Of a stretch of 64,000 nt of DNA, positions 8,802-17,584 are shown one piece after another (position 1 is the first letter of the stretch; every line of letters starts with the position of its first letter). The stretch is from an uncultured virus (IMG/VR IMGVR_UViG_3300018428_002561) (lineage: Duplodnaviria; Heunggongvirae; Uroviricota; Caudoviricetes): the IMG/VR virus record IMGVR_UViG_3300018428_002561. One strand, 5' to 3'. The notes beneath the pieces were generated by a model that had not been told where the DNA came from, searched no databases, and was given only the letters and a program-made list of their open reading frames with translations. The translations under genes and the position numbers were made by a program.

Positions 8802-9201
8802 TGATTTAATGGTGCAACAGCAAGTATCTACTGTATGGCAACATATGGTAGGTGTTATTTGTTTAAATCAAACAAACCGTAAACAAGTAAAAAGAGTTCT
8901 TCCTGCTCTCTTTACAGCATGTCCTACTCCAATACATTTACTTAATACTACTTCTGAAACAATAAAAAATATTATTAAACCGTTAGGTATGGTAAATGTT
9001 CGTGAAAAAAGACTACGTAAGATGTCAGAAGATTACTTGACATGGGACGGAAATGATGCTACAATGTTATATGGAATTGGGAAATACGGTAGTGACAGTT
9101 ATCGATTGTTTTACAAAAATGAGATACCTGACAACATCAGCGACCATGAATTGAAACGTTATGTACAGGAAGAACTAAATGGCAACTTATATACTAGTTG
9201 A
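8794..9201 (+). CDS. MBD4-like HhH-GPD DNA glycosylase
   Basis: WQHMVGVICLNQT, KPLGM, LYGIGKYGSDSYRLF and DHELKRY closely parallel the MBD4 catalytic domain (LHGIGKYGNDSYRIF...DHKLNKY). Confidence 0.8.
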   Translation: MRDDLMVQQQVSTVWQHMVGVICLNQTNRKQVKRVLPALFTACPTPIHLLNTTSETIKNIIKPLGMVNVREKRLRKMSEDYLTWDGNDATMLYGIGKYGSDSYRLFYKNEIPDNISDHELKRYVQEELNGNLYTS

Positions 9202-10171
9202 TACAGCAAATACTTTCTTTAGAGCTCGTCATGTAGTACGTGGCGATGTAGATACTAAAGTCGGTATGGCTTTACACATTACTTTTAATAGTGTTAAGAA
9301 AGCGTGGCAAGACTTTGATGCAGATCATGTTGTATTCTGCTTAGAAGGTCGCAGCTGGCGTAAGGACTTTTACGAGCCTTACAAGCGTAACCGTCAAGAA
9401 ACTCGCGATGCTATGTCTCCTGTACAAGCAGAAGAAGATAAAGTGTTTTGGGAAATCTTTGACGAGTTTAAAAACTTTGTTAGTGAAAAGACAAACTGTA
9501 CTGTTATGCAACATCCGCAACTAGAAGCAGATGATCTTATTGCAGGTTGGGTACAGAATCACCCTAACGATAATCATATTATTGTTAGTACAGATGGCGA
9601 CTTTGCACAACTAATTGCACCTAACGTAAAGCAATACAATGGTGTAAGCAACACTATTATTACACACGAAGGGTACTTTGATGACAAGAAGCGACAGCCT
9701 GTTATAGACAAGAAAACAGGCGAGCCGAAGCCTGCACCTGATCCTGCATTTATGTTATTTGAAAAGTGTATGCGTGGAGATACAAGTGATAATGTGTTTA
9801 GTGCTTATCCAGGTGTACGCAAAAAAGGCACTAAGAATAAAGTCGGACTTATTGAAGCATTTGAAGATAAGGCTACAAAAGGTTACAACTGGAATAACAT
9901 GATGTTACAACGTTGGGTAGATCATGAAGGTGTTGAACATCGTGTGCTAGATGACTATAATCGTAATGTTACATTATGTGACTTGACAGCACAACCTAAC
10001 GATATAAGAGTAATGATTAATGATGTAATTAACAATGCAACAGAAAATCCTAAGAACATATCACAAGTAGGTGTACGTCTTATGAAGTTCTGTGCTAAAT
10101 GGGATATGCAACGAATAGCTGATCAAGTTAGTTATTTCGCAGAACCATTACAAGCGAGGTATCCTCAATGA
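9179..10171 (+). CDS. rnh: T4 RNase H-like 5'-3' exonuclease/flap endonuclease
   Basis: ILVDTAN, SWRKDFYEPYKRNR, LEADDLIA, STDGDFAQL, GDTSDNV. Confidence 0.85.
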   Translation: MATYILVDTANTFFRARHVVRGDVDTKVGMALHITFNSVKKAWQDFDADHVVFCLEGRSWRKDFYEPYKRNRQETRDAMSPVQAEEDKVFWEIFDEFKNFVSEKTNCTVMQHPQLEADDLIAGWVQNHPNDNHIIVSTDGDFAQLIAPNVKQYNGVSNTIITHEGYFDDKKRQPVIDKKTGEPKPAPDPAFMLFEKCMRGDTSDNVFSAYPGVRKKGTKNKVGLIEAFEDKATKGYNWNNMMLQRWVDHEGVEHRVLDDYNRNVTLCDLTAQPNDIRVMINDVINNATENPKNISQVGVRLMKFCAKWDMQRIADQVSYFAEPLQARYPQ

Positions 10172-10638
10172 TAAAAGCAAAAACTATTTTAAAAAATAAA
10201 TTTTGGATTGTAGAAGAATCCGGCGAAAAAATTGGTACACTAAGTTACAACGATGAAAGGTTTATGCTTAGTTCTTCAGGCGGTGTATCTTTTTTTAATA
10301 CAAAGAAAGCTGTTGAAAAAAAGCTAGGTAGCACTATATTTGATAGGGAGCCAACCGCAAAAATAGAAGTTACAAAAGAAATATATGGATATCCTACTAG
10401 CACAACTCCTTACAATGTAATTTATGATGTACATCGTAAGTTTGCACTTTTTACTAAAAGTTTAAAAAGCAAGAGCTTGTATTGTGCAGGATATTATATT
10501 ATTCGTTTTGAAAAGGGTTGGGTTAAAAGTTTTTGTCCAAAACTAATTACACTAGAACGATATGAATATCATGGTCCTTTTAAAAACGAAATGACAATGC
10601 GTCAGGAATTATCTAATGCAAACAAAAAAGAATCTTGA
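10168..10638 (+). CDS. hypothetical protein
   Basis: 156-aa ORF; GAGG SD; ATGA overlap. Confidence 0.7.
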   Translation: MIKAKTILKNKFWIVEESGEKIGTLSYNDERFMLSSSGGVSFFNTKKAVEKKLGSTIFDREPTAKIEVTKEIYGYPTSTTPYNVIYDVHRKFALFTKSLKSKSLYCAGYYIIRFEKGWVKSFCPKLITLERYEYHGPFKNEMTMRQELSNANKKES

Positions 10639-10873
10639 TCCAATAAACACTTTTCCAGTGCAACAGTTTATACAAACTGTAAAAAGTGCCGACAATAGTA
10701 GAGCAAAAGAAATTCGTTTGGATATAAACGAAGCAAAAAGATTAGCATTTACTCTAGGCGAAGTAATGGCTCGACTCAACGGTGATATGGAAGCGTTTAT
10801 TAAAGAACACATGTCTAATATAGAAAATGAGCCTGTAGAGGTTCAATTAGACGGTGGATCTGACTGGAAATAA
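10616..10873 (+). CDS. hypothetical protein
   Basis: 85-aa ORF; AGGA SD. Confidence 0.6.
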   Translation: MQTKKNLDPINTFPVQQFIQTVKSADNSRAKEIRLDINEAKRLAFTLGEVMARLNGDMEAFIKEHMSNIENEPVEVQLDGGSDWK

Positions 10874-10896
10874 CCACGCACTTAATACAAAAAAGA

Positions 10897-10908
10897 GATA
10901 AATATATA
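10897..10908 (+). promoter_or_regulatory. putative phage late-promoter box (GATAAATATATA)
   Basis: Intergenic; identical 12-mer at 15626-15637; resembles the T4 late promoter TATAAATA. Confidence 0.55.
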
Positions 10909-10932
10909 CGTAGTTAACTAAGGATTACGTAT

Positions 10933-11220
10933 ATGAGTAGACCAAAGCCAAGTGTTCTATTAGAACATATTAACAAAAAAAATTATAGATGTGAACAAGT
11001 ACTAGATGCTGATGCTATCTGGGCTGTCTTCTATAAAGAAAAACCTTTCAATCTTAAAAGTTCAAACGCCTTAACAAATTATCCTGGGCCTAAATACAAG
11101 AAAACAAGTTTTTCTAATCCAGGACATGCACACAATCTAGCACAAAAATTAAATGAACTTTTTGCATGTGACGATTTCAAAGTATATAAATTAGAGACAG
11201 GTGAAATTGTTACAGAATGA
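10933..11220 (+). CDS. hypothetical protein
   Basis: 95-aa ORF; AAGGA SD. Confidence 0.7.
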   Translation: MSRPKPSVLLEHINKKNYRCEQVLDADAIWAVFYKEKPFNLKSSNALTNYPGPKYKKTSFSNPGHAHNLAQKLNELFACDDFKVYKLETGEIVTE

Positions 11221-11609
11221 ACTGGAAAGAAACCTATACTAAAATATTCCTTAAAGAGTTAGGTCATAGTTACAATCAAACGGCTATGAAGGAATATATG
11301 CCTCTATGGTGGCAAAACACTAGGAATAAAGACGAAGGTGGATTGCGACTTACAGAAGCAGGATTAGATATGTTAAGCAAAATAGATATTGCAACTTACG
11401 ATATTACATATCCTCACGATATGCCAATGACTACTCAAATATTGATATTCTTAGACAAATTTATTGACTGTCCCTATTATATTGGACCTAAATCTATCCT
11501 TGTAACAAACCAAAAAAAAGCCGTAGAACTTAGCCTATTTTCAGGTGATATTAGGAAATACGGGATTACTAAAGCGTTATCAAGACAAAATAATTCAGAA
11601 AAAGATTAA
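11217..11609 (+). CDS. hypothetical protein
   Basis: 130-aa ORF; ATGA overlap. Confidence 0.7.
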   Translation: MNWKETYTKIFLKELGHSYNQTAMKEYMPLWWQNTRNKDEGGLRLTEAGLDMLSKIDIATYDITYPHDMPMTTQILIFLDKFIDCPYYIGPKSILVTNQKKAVELSLFSGDIRKYGITKALSRQNNSEKD

Positions 11610-11616
11610 AAAAAGG

Positions 11617-11644
11617 TTGACTTTTATCTTGTAGATGCTATACT
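11617..11644 (+). promoter_or_regulatory. sigma70-type promoter
   Basis: TTGACT (11617-11622), 16 bp, TATACT (11639-11644) with extended -10 TG. Confidence 0.6.
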
Positions 11645-11694
11645 ATATGTATAGTTAGAAATTAGCACTGATAACTTACTAAGAGAGGTAATAC

Positions 11695-12780
11695 ATGGAA
11701 AACGCTATCACAAGAACAGTTTCGCCTAACAGCGCAAAAACAAGCATCACACATGCTATCAAGAAACAACGTCCTATCTTTATTTGGGGTCCTCCAGGTA
11801 TTGGTAAGTCTGATATTGTTCACCAAATTGGTGAAACACTAGAGGCACATGTCATTGACGTTCGTTTGTCACTTTGGGAACCTACAGACATTAAAGGTAT
11901 TCCTTATTACTCTGCAAACGACAATGCAATGGTTTGGGCGGCGCCTGCAGAACTTCCAAACGAAGAACTGGCTGCGAAACATAAACTTATCATTCTATTC
12001 TTAGATGAAATGAATTCTGCTGCACCTGCTGTACAGGCTGCAGCTTATCAACTTATTCTTAACCGTAAGGTTGGTACTTATGTACTACCTGACAACGTTG
12101 TGATTATTGCGGCAGGTAACCGTGAAGCAGACAAAGGTGTAACGTACCGTATGCCTGCTCCGCTTGCTAATCGTTTTGTTCACTTAGAGATGGCTGTTTC
12201 GTTTGATGATTGGTTCTCATGGGCTGTATCAAACAATATCCATAAAGACGTTGTAGGTTACTTAACTTTTGCAAAGAAAGACTTGTATGACTTTGATCCT
12301 AAAAGCCCAAGTCGTTCTTTTGCAACACCCCGTTCTTGGTCGTTTGTATCTGAACTACTAGAAGACGACCTAGATGAAACCACTACAACCGATTTGGTAA
12401 GTGGCTCAGTTGGCGAAGGCCTGGCTGTCAAATTTATGGCACACCGTAAGGTTGCTTCACAAATGCCTAATCCAACTGATATTCTAGCAGGTAAGGTCAC
12501 GGAGATGACCAGTAAAGAAATCAGTGCTATGTATTCCCTCACTGTGTCATTGTGTTATGAGCTTCAAGAAGCTGATAAGAAACGTGACAAAGACTTCGAT
12601 AAGAAAGTCAACAACTTCCTGCGCTTTTCGATGGATAACTTCGATACTGAACTAGTAGTTATGGGTATTAAGCTCGCACTTACACAGTACGGACTTCCAA
12701 TCGACCCGGACGCTGTAGAGTGTTTTGATGAGTTCCATGATCGTTATGGAAAATACATTAAAGCAGCACAGAGTTCTTAA
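11695..12780 (+). CDS. MoxR-like AAA+ ATPase
   Basis: Walker A GPPGIGKS, Walker B LFLDEMN, AAGNR, PLANRF, TPRSW. Confidence 0.9.
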   Translation: MENAITRTVSPNSAKTSITHAIKKQRPIFIWGPPGIGKSDIVHQIGETLEAHVIDVRLSLWEPTDIKGIPYYSANDNAMVWAAPAELPNEELAAKHKLIILFLDEMNSAAPAVQAAAYQLILNRKVGTYVLPDNVVIIAAGNREADKGVTYRMPAPLANRFVHLEMAVSFDDWFSWAVSNNIHKDVVGYLTFAKKDLYDFDPKSPSRSFATPRSWSFVSELLEDDLDETTTTDLVSGSVGEGLAVKFMAHRKVASQMPNPTDILAGKVTEMTSKEISAMYSLTVSLCYELQEADKKRDKDFDKKVNNFLRFSMDNFDTELVVMGIKLALTQYGLPIDPDAVECFDEFHDRYGKYIKAAQSS

Positions 12781-12784
12781 ACTA

Positions 12785-12820
12785 GATAGGGTGGACTTCG
12801 TGTTCACCCTATCACCTTTT
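12785..12820 (+). terminator. putative intrinsic terminator hairpin
   Basis: GATAGGGTGGAC-TTCGT-GTTCACCCTATC (12-bp stem, one G:U) followed by ACCTTTT just after the AAA stop. Confidence 0.7.
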
Positions 12821-12824
12821 CTGG

Positions 12825-12853
12825 TTGACAAAACAGTTAAATATTAGTATAAT
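12825..12853 (+). promoter_or_regulatory. consensus sigma70 promoter with TAAATA in the spacer
   Basis: TTGACA (12825-12830), 17 bp, TATAAT (12848-12853); TAAATA at 12838-12843. Confidence 0.85.
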
Positions 12854-12884
12854 ATACATATAAATTAGAAAGGACATAGCACAC

Positions 12885-14177
12885 ATGAGCGTAGAAGGTA
12901 AAAAACACTGGCAACCTAATCCAGACTTAACTGAACAAGAACTTGCTGTTATGCGTGAAGAAGTACTTGATCGCATTATTGTAGCTCGTGTAGGTTTGCT
13001 TCTTAAGCATCCTTTCTTTGGCAACATGGCAACACGTTTAAAAATCCAAGCCGCAGATGATTGGATTCCTACAGCGGCCGTAGATGGACGTAATCTTTAT
13101 TTTAACACTCAGTTCTTTAATGCAATGGATAATAAAGAAATTGAGTTTGTTATTGCACACGAAATTTTACACTGTGTATTTGATCACTTAGAACGCCGTA
13201 CATGGCAGGATCGTAACCTAGATCCTATGATTAGTAATATTGCACAGGATTATATTGTGAACAATATTTTGGTACGTGACAACATTGGCACAAAACCTAA
13301 ATTAGTTGACTGTTTTCAAGACTTCAAATATGAGAGTTGGACTTCTGAAGAAGTTTATGATGACCTTTTTGAAAAGTATGACAACCAAGAGCTAGAAGCT
13401 TTAGGTGAATTGCTCGATGAGCATTTAGATTGGACAGAAGGTGCAGGTGAAGGTCAGGACGGCGACAGCGGTAAAGACGGTAAAGGTAATGGTCGTCCTT
13501 CATATTCAAAAGAAGAACTTAAAAAGATACGTGACGAAATTAAAGAGAATATGATCACTGCCGCACAGAGTGCAGGCGCAGGCAATATTCCAAAAGGTGT
13601 AGATCGTTTAATTAAAGATTTAACTGAACCTAAAATTAACTGGCGTGAATTACTACGTCAGCAAATTCAAAGTACAATTAAAAGTGATTACACATTTATG
13701 CGTCCTTCACGTAAAGGCTGGCACACTGGTGCTGTACTTCCGGGTATGAACTTTGAAAATACTATTGATATTGCAATCGGTATTGATATGAGCGGAAGTA
13801 TTGGTGATCATCAAGCACAAGACTTTTTAAGTGAAGTTAAAGGCATTATGGACGAATACAAAGACTATGCAATTAAATTATGGTGCTTTGATACCGCTGT
13901 ATATAACGAGCAAGACTTTACATCAGATAACGGTACTGAATTACTAGATTACGAAATCTTAGGCGGCGGCGGCACTGACTTCGATGCTAACTGGACTTAC
14001 ATGCGAGAAAACGATATTCAACCTAAAAAGTTTATTATGTTCACAGACGGCTATCCTTGGGGTAGTTGGGGCGATGAAGATTACTGTGAAACAGTCTTTA
14101 TTATTCACAGCAACCATGACAAAAACTTGCAAGCACCGTTTGGAGTAACAGCACACTATGAAGCTCAAGCAGCCTAA
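12885..14177 (+). CDS. DUF2201-type metallopeptidase plus VWA domain protein (MoxR partner)
   Basis: TAAVDG, HEILH (HExxH), Gly/Asp linker, MIDAS DMSGS, GGGGTDF, FTDG. Confidence 0.85.
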   Translation: MSVEGKKHWQPNPDLTEQELAVMREEVLDRIIVARVGLLLKHPFFGNMATRLKIQAADDWIPTAAVDGRNLYFNTQFFNAMDNKEIEFVIAHEILHCVFDHLERRTWQDRNLDPMISNIAQDYIVNNILVRDNIGTKPKLVDCFQDFKYESWTSEEVYDDLFEKYDNQELEALGELLDEHLDWTEGAGEGQDGDSGKDGKGNGRPSYSKEELKKIRDEIKENMITAAQSAGAGNIPKGVDRLIKDLTEPKINWRELLRQQIQSTIKSDYTFMRPSRKGWHTGAVLPGMNFENTIDIAIGIDMSGSIGDHQAQDFLSEVKGIMDEYKDYAIKLWCFDTAVYNEQDFTSDNGTELLDYEILGGGGTDFDANWTYMRENDIQPKKFIMFTDGYPWGSWGDEDYCETVFIIHSNHDKNLQAPFGVTAHYEAQAA

Positions 14178-14427
14178 TCCATTAAATTTTTTCAATGTAA
14201 GAAAAACTCATTTTTGCCCAAAGCATTTTGAAGTTATTACCGTTGATCAGACATACAATATGGAGCCTAGTATTACTAGATGGATTTCTGAGAATCTTAA
14301 AAAGAGATACTTTATTGCAAAAGATAACTCTTATACACATAAGTCTAATTCTTTAAAAGTAGGTTTTGAGGATCCAAAAGAAGCAAGTTATTTCATGTTG
14401 GCGTGTCCACATTTGAAGTACAAATAA
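14158..14427 (+). CDS. hypothetical protein
   Basis: 89-aa ORF with VGFEDPKEASYF motif. Confidence 0.6.
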   Translation: MKLKQPNPLNFFNVRKTHFCPKHFEVITVDQTYNMEPSITRWISENLKKRYFIAKDNSYTHKSNSLKVGFEDPKEASYFMLACPHLKYK

Positions 14428-14465
14428 ATAAAGTACGCATATATATTATTATAGGAGATTAAAAT

Positions 14466-14714
14466 ATGAGCGATGAAAATAAAACTGAAGCACAACCTGC
14501 TCCTGAGCAAGCACCTGCACCAGATCTTACTGTGCAAGATCTAACAGCAATGAGAACTATCATTGATGTAGCAAGTAGTAGAGGCGCATTTAAGCCTAAC
14601 GAAATGACTACTGTAGGTACTGTTTATAGCAAATTAGAAGCATTTTTAGGTGCTGTTGCAGCTCAACAAGAAGCTCAACAAGAAGCACAAAAAGAGGCTC
14701 CTAAAGGAGAATAA
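14466..14714 (+). CDS. hypothetical protein
   Basis: AGGAG SD; upstream TAAATA at 14425-14430; core IIDVASSRGAFK. Confidence 0.7.
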   Translation: MSDENKTEAQPAPEQAPAPDLTVQDLTAMRTIIDVASSRGAFKPNEMTTVGTVYSKLEAFLGAVAAQQEAQQEAQKEAPKGE

Positions 14715-14715
14715 T

Positions 14716-15306
14716 ATGAAACATATTGGAAGACAAATTAATCCTAAGAGACGTTGTGCTGTAGCATACCGTGTAATTCCTAATGATCCAGATAACTGTT
14801 TAGTTGTTTTTACTGATAGTTTAGAGTCTGATGCACACGATTCATTAATGAACTTAATAGAATCAAACGCAGGTCAGACAGCATATGAACTTGCAGAAGC
14901 AATGAACAGAGCTGTTTTACCAGATGGAAGAAACATGTTGGTAGCATTTAGTGGTACAGGCAAACTTACTAAGATGCCTACAAGCCAGATCGAAATGACA
15001 CCAGATATGCAAAGCACCGTTGTTCTTAGCGAGCTTAATAAAATTATTGCCGAACAAAAAGGCGTAACTGTTGCTGATCTTGCTCTGCAACCAGCAAAAT
15101 CTACAAATAAGCCTGCAGAACAACCTGCTGTACAACCCGAAGTTACAGACTTAGGACAAGACACTGGTGTTCTTAGCGATGAAGATTTAGCGGCTCAATA
15201 TCGTTCTCAAGCAGATGCTATGTTTAAAGAAGCAAAGCGTTTAAGAGAACAAGCGGAAGAATTGGTTCCTACCAAGCGTAGCAAGAAGTCCGCCCAAAGT
15301 GCCTAG
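14716..15306 (+). CDS. hypothetical protein
   Basis: AAGGAG SD before ATG 14716; C-terminal coiled coil. Confidence 0.7.
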   Translation: MKHIGRQINPKRRCAVAYRVIPNDPDNCLVVFTDSLESDAHDSLMNLIESNAGQTAYELAEAMNRAVLPDGRNMLVAFSGTGKLTKMPTSQIEMTPDMQSTVVLSELNKIIAEQKGVTVADLALQPAKSTNKPAEQPAVQPEVTDLGQDTGVLSDEDLAAQYRSQADAMFKEAKRLREQAEELVPTKRSKKSAQSA

Positions 15307-15616
15307 AAAGAATAAACTAAGCAAAGAAGTAATAGACAAATGGCCTGAAGTACTCGGTAATATCGACATCAAAGTCGTACCTACTGAGTACATTAAGGCT
15401 GTTGAAGTAACCTTTACCGACGGAAAAGTGTGGATTATTGAAAATGATCCTAACCGTAGCATCCAATCAAATGCTGAAGCATTTGAACAAAGTATGGAAG
15501 ATTTAATGGCGGAATACGAGGATGTTTTGCAGAGTGTTAACTTTGTAGTAGATATGGAACGGGTAAAAAAGGACATTACCAAGCGTACAAAAATCTTTAT
15601 GAAGAAAAAGAAATAA
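15299..15616 (+). CDS. hypothetical protein
   Basis: 105-aa ORF; GTG start overlapping the upstream stop. Confidence 0.6.
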   Translation: MPRKNKLSKEVIDKWPEVLGNIDIKVVPTEYIKAVEVTFTDGKVWIIENDPNRSIQSNAEAFEQSMEDLMAEYEDVLQSVNFVVDMERVKKDITKRTKIFMKKKK

Positions 15617-15625
15617 CACTTTTAT

Positions 15626-15637
15626 GATAAATATATA
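15626..15637 (+). promoter_or_regulatory. putative late-promoter box (GATAAATATATA)
   Basis: Intergenic, 34-45 nt upstream of the tail-fibre ATG. Confidence 0.55.
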
Positions 15638-15670
15638 TGTAGACTTAAATCATTAAGGAGTTATAAAAAA

Positions 15671-16756
15671 ATGGCATTGCGATTAAGAAGAGGCACAGAT
15701 GCACAAAGACAAACACTAGACGGTGTTTCCTTACCAGTGCCAGCTGAAGGCGAATTAATATATACAACAGATACTAAAAAACTTTATGTAGGCGATGGTT
15801 CTACAGCAGGTGGTATTGCTGTTGACGTTGCTAACTCCGATTTAAGTATTGATGCATTAAGCGATGTTGATATTACATCTACACCTCCAACAGGTGGCCA
15901 GAGCCTAGTATGGAATGCTGTTGACGAAGAATTCCAGCCAGGTGATCCTACTGTTCTAGATAATAAATCATTAAATGATTTGCAAGACGTAGACTTAGCA
16001 TCTAATCCTCCAGGTGTAGGACAAGTTCTTAAATGGAACGGAAGTGCATTTGTTCCTAATGACGACGATGCACAAAGTGGTTTAGTAGCAGGTGCAACTT
16101 ACAACATTAACATTGCAGGCGATGTTTCAGGTAGTGTATACGCTGATGATTCTACATTAGTTATTGATGGTACTGATGGTAAATTCAAAGGTACTATTGA
16201 AACTACACAAAATGCTATATTTGACACAAGAGCTGATGATTTAATATCTGATATAGGTATAAAGATAATATCTAATGCAAACGTTCCTGGCTTAGAAGTT
16301 ACTAGTCAGACTGGTGCAAGTGAAGGAACTGGTGCAAATTTAGGTTTTTACAATCATAACGGAACATACGAAAACCAAACAGCATTACAAGTTGGTGATA
16401 GCTTAGGAAGACTTGACTTTGGTGGCTTAATAACAATTCCGGGTGGGAGTTCTGTATCACTTGCTCCGTGTGTCATTAGAGCAGAATTAACACAAGAAAG
16501 TGATGGTGTAAGTACATTAGCACTTGGTAAATTAGTATTTGCTGTTCTTAATGGTCCGAACGTAGCAGATGCTGCAAAAGCAACATTTGATAATGTTGGT
16601 GTATTCCAATCTCCAGTATTACAACCAGGTGTATATGCAGACGATGCAGCAAGAGATGCAGCTGTTACAGCACCAGCAGCAGGAATGATAATCTTTAACA
16701 CTACAAACACTAAATTCCAAGGCTACACAGGTAGTGCTTGGGTAGACTTAAACTAA
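15671..16756 (+). CDS. tail fibre/virion protein with Mtd_N-like N-terminal domain
   Basis: LRLRRGT...PAEGELIYTTDTKKLYVGDG; two LSDVD...GQ.L.WN repeats; C-terminal GMIIFNTTNTKFQGY..SAW. Confidence 0.75.
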   Translation: MALRLRRGTDAQRQTLDGVSLPVPAEGELIYTTDTKKLYVGDGSTAGGIAVDVANSDLSIDALSDVDITSTPPTGGQSLVWNAVDEEFQPGDPTVLDNKSLNDLQDVDLASNPPGVGQVLKWNGSAFVPNDDDAQSGLVAGATYNINIAGDVSGSVYADDSTLVIDGTDGKFKGTIETTQNAIFDTRADDLISDIGIKIISNANVPGLEVTSQTGASEGTGANLGFYNHNGTYENQTALQVGDSLGRLDFGGLITIPGGSSVSLAPCVIRAELTQESDGVSTLALGKLVFAVLNGPNVADAAKATFDNVGVFQSPVLQPGVYADDAARDAAVTAPAAGMIIFNTTNTKFQGYTGSAWVDLN

Positions 16757-16768
16757 TCACATTACTTT

Positions 16769-16813
16769 AAAAACTCCTAAATGTAGGTTAAATACTACAG
16801 AAGGAGTTTTTTT
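16769..16813 (+). promoter_or_regulatory. hairpin enclosing a TAAATA box and sequestering the downstream SD; possibly also a terminator
   Basis: AAAAACTCCT (16769-16778) pairs with AGGAGTTTTT (16802-16811); inner TGTAG/CTACA stem; loop GTTAAATA; T-run follows. Confidence 0.7.
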
Positions 16814-17584
16814 ATGACTAAATTAATTACAGATCCCCAAAACTATACTAGAGAAGACTTAAGAAACTTAGACTGGGATATGGTAAAGTTAAATGTTACT
16901 GTAGATCCTAAGCCTTTGCTAGAATGGTTTGAAACTGTAAAAACTACTTCTCCCGAAAGTTTATTTTTATTTTCTCAAAAAGACTTATTTGAATCGCATT
17001 TACTCGATCATCCTAGAATGAACGGCATATGTGTAGGTGATGCAGGATTTTGGGCATTACAGTGGCCTATACAAAGACGTGATGCTATACCTACTCCATT
17101 CTTTTGTAATAAAGAAAAATTTCCAGAAATGTTAGACGAAACATGGGAAAATAAAATGGACAACCATCTTGAACAATATTATTTTGGTGCGTACAAGAGT
17201 ATGATAGATCAATTAGGAGAAGATGCGTGGACATGGGGTAGAGCTATGAACTGTGCTAAGGAATGTGGCATTGGGCCACATAGAGATCACGACGGTGAAG
17301 ACATGTCAGAACATATGATTCGATTACACGTTAACTTGCAAACTAACGAAAATTCATCATGGCATTTCTTTTCACAGTTAGGAGAAACACCTGCTGATAC
17401 TTGGCAATACGAACGTGCAAGTTATAATCCTAAGCCTGGTGAAGTTTACCTAGTTAATGTGAGCAATGTACATGCTCCTGTAAATCACGGAGATGAAGAA
17501 TGGATATTGTTACACTCTGACCCATCAAATGACGCTGTAGATAGATTGTTAAAAAGCGAGACTCATATTACATACAATGGCTAA
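16814..17584 (+). CDS. AspH-like Fe(II)/2OG oxygenase
   Basis: PHRD...IRLHVNLQTN...GEVYLVNVSNVHAPVN. Confidence 0.7.
   Translation: MTKLITDPQNYTREDLRNLDWDMVKLNVTVDPKPLLEWFETVKTTSPESLFLFSQKDLFESHLLDHPRMNGICVGDAGFWALQWPIQRRDAIPTPFFCNKEKFPEMLDETWENKMDNHLEQYYFGAYKSMIDQLGEDAWTWGRAMNCAKECGIGPHRDHDGEDMSEHMIRLHVNLQTNENSSWHFFSQLGETPADTWQYERASYNPKPGEVYLVNVSNVHAPVNHGDEEWILLHSDPSNDAVDRLLKSETHITYNG

Noticed and set aside
14661..14696. 12-bp tandem repeat GCTCAACAAGAA x2 plus a degenerate third copy
   Set aside because: Encodes a low-complexity AQQE tail; no sign of a regulatory or phase-variable role
15671..16756. Diversity-generating retroelement target, suggested by the Mtd_N-like N-terminus
   Set aside because: No reverse transcriptase, no template/variable repeat pair and no C-type lectin tip seen in the window; Mtd_N-like domains are common fibre anchors
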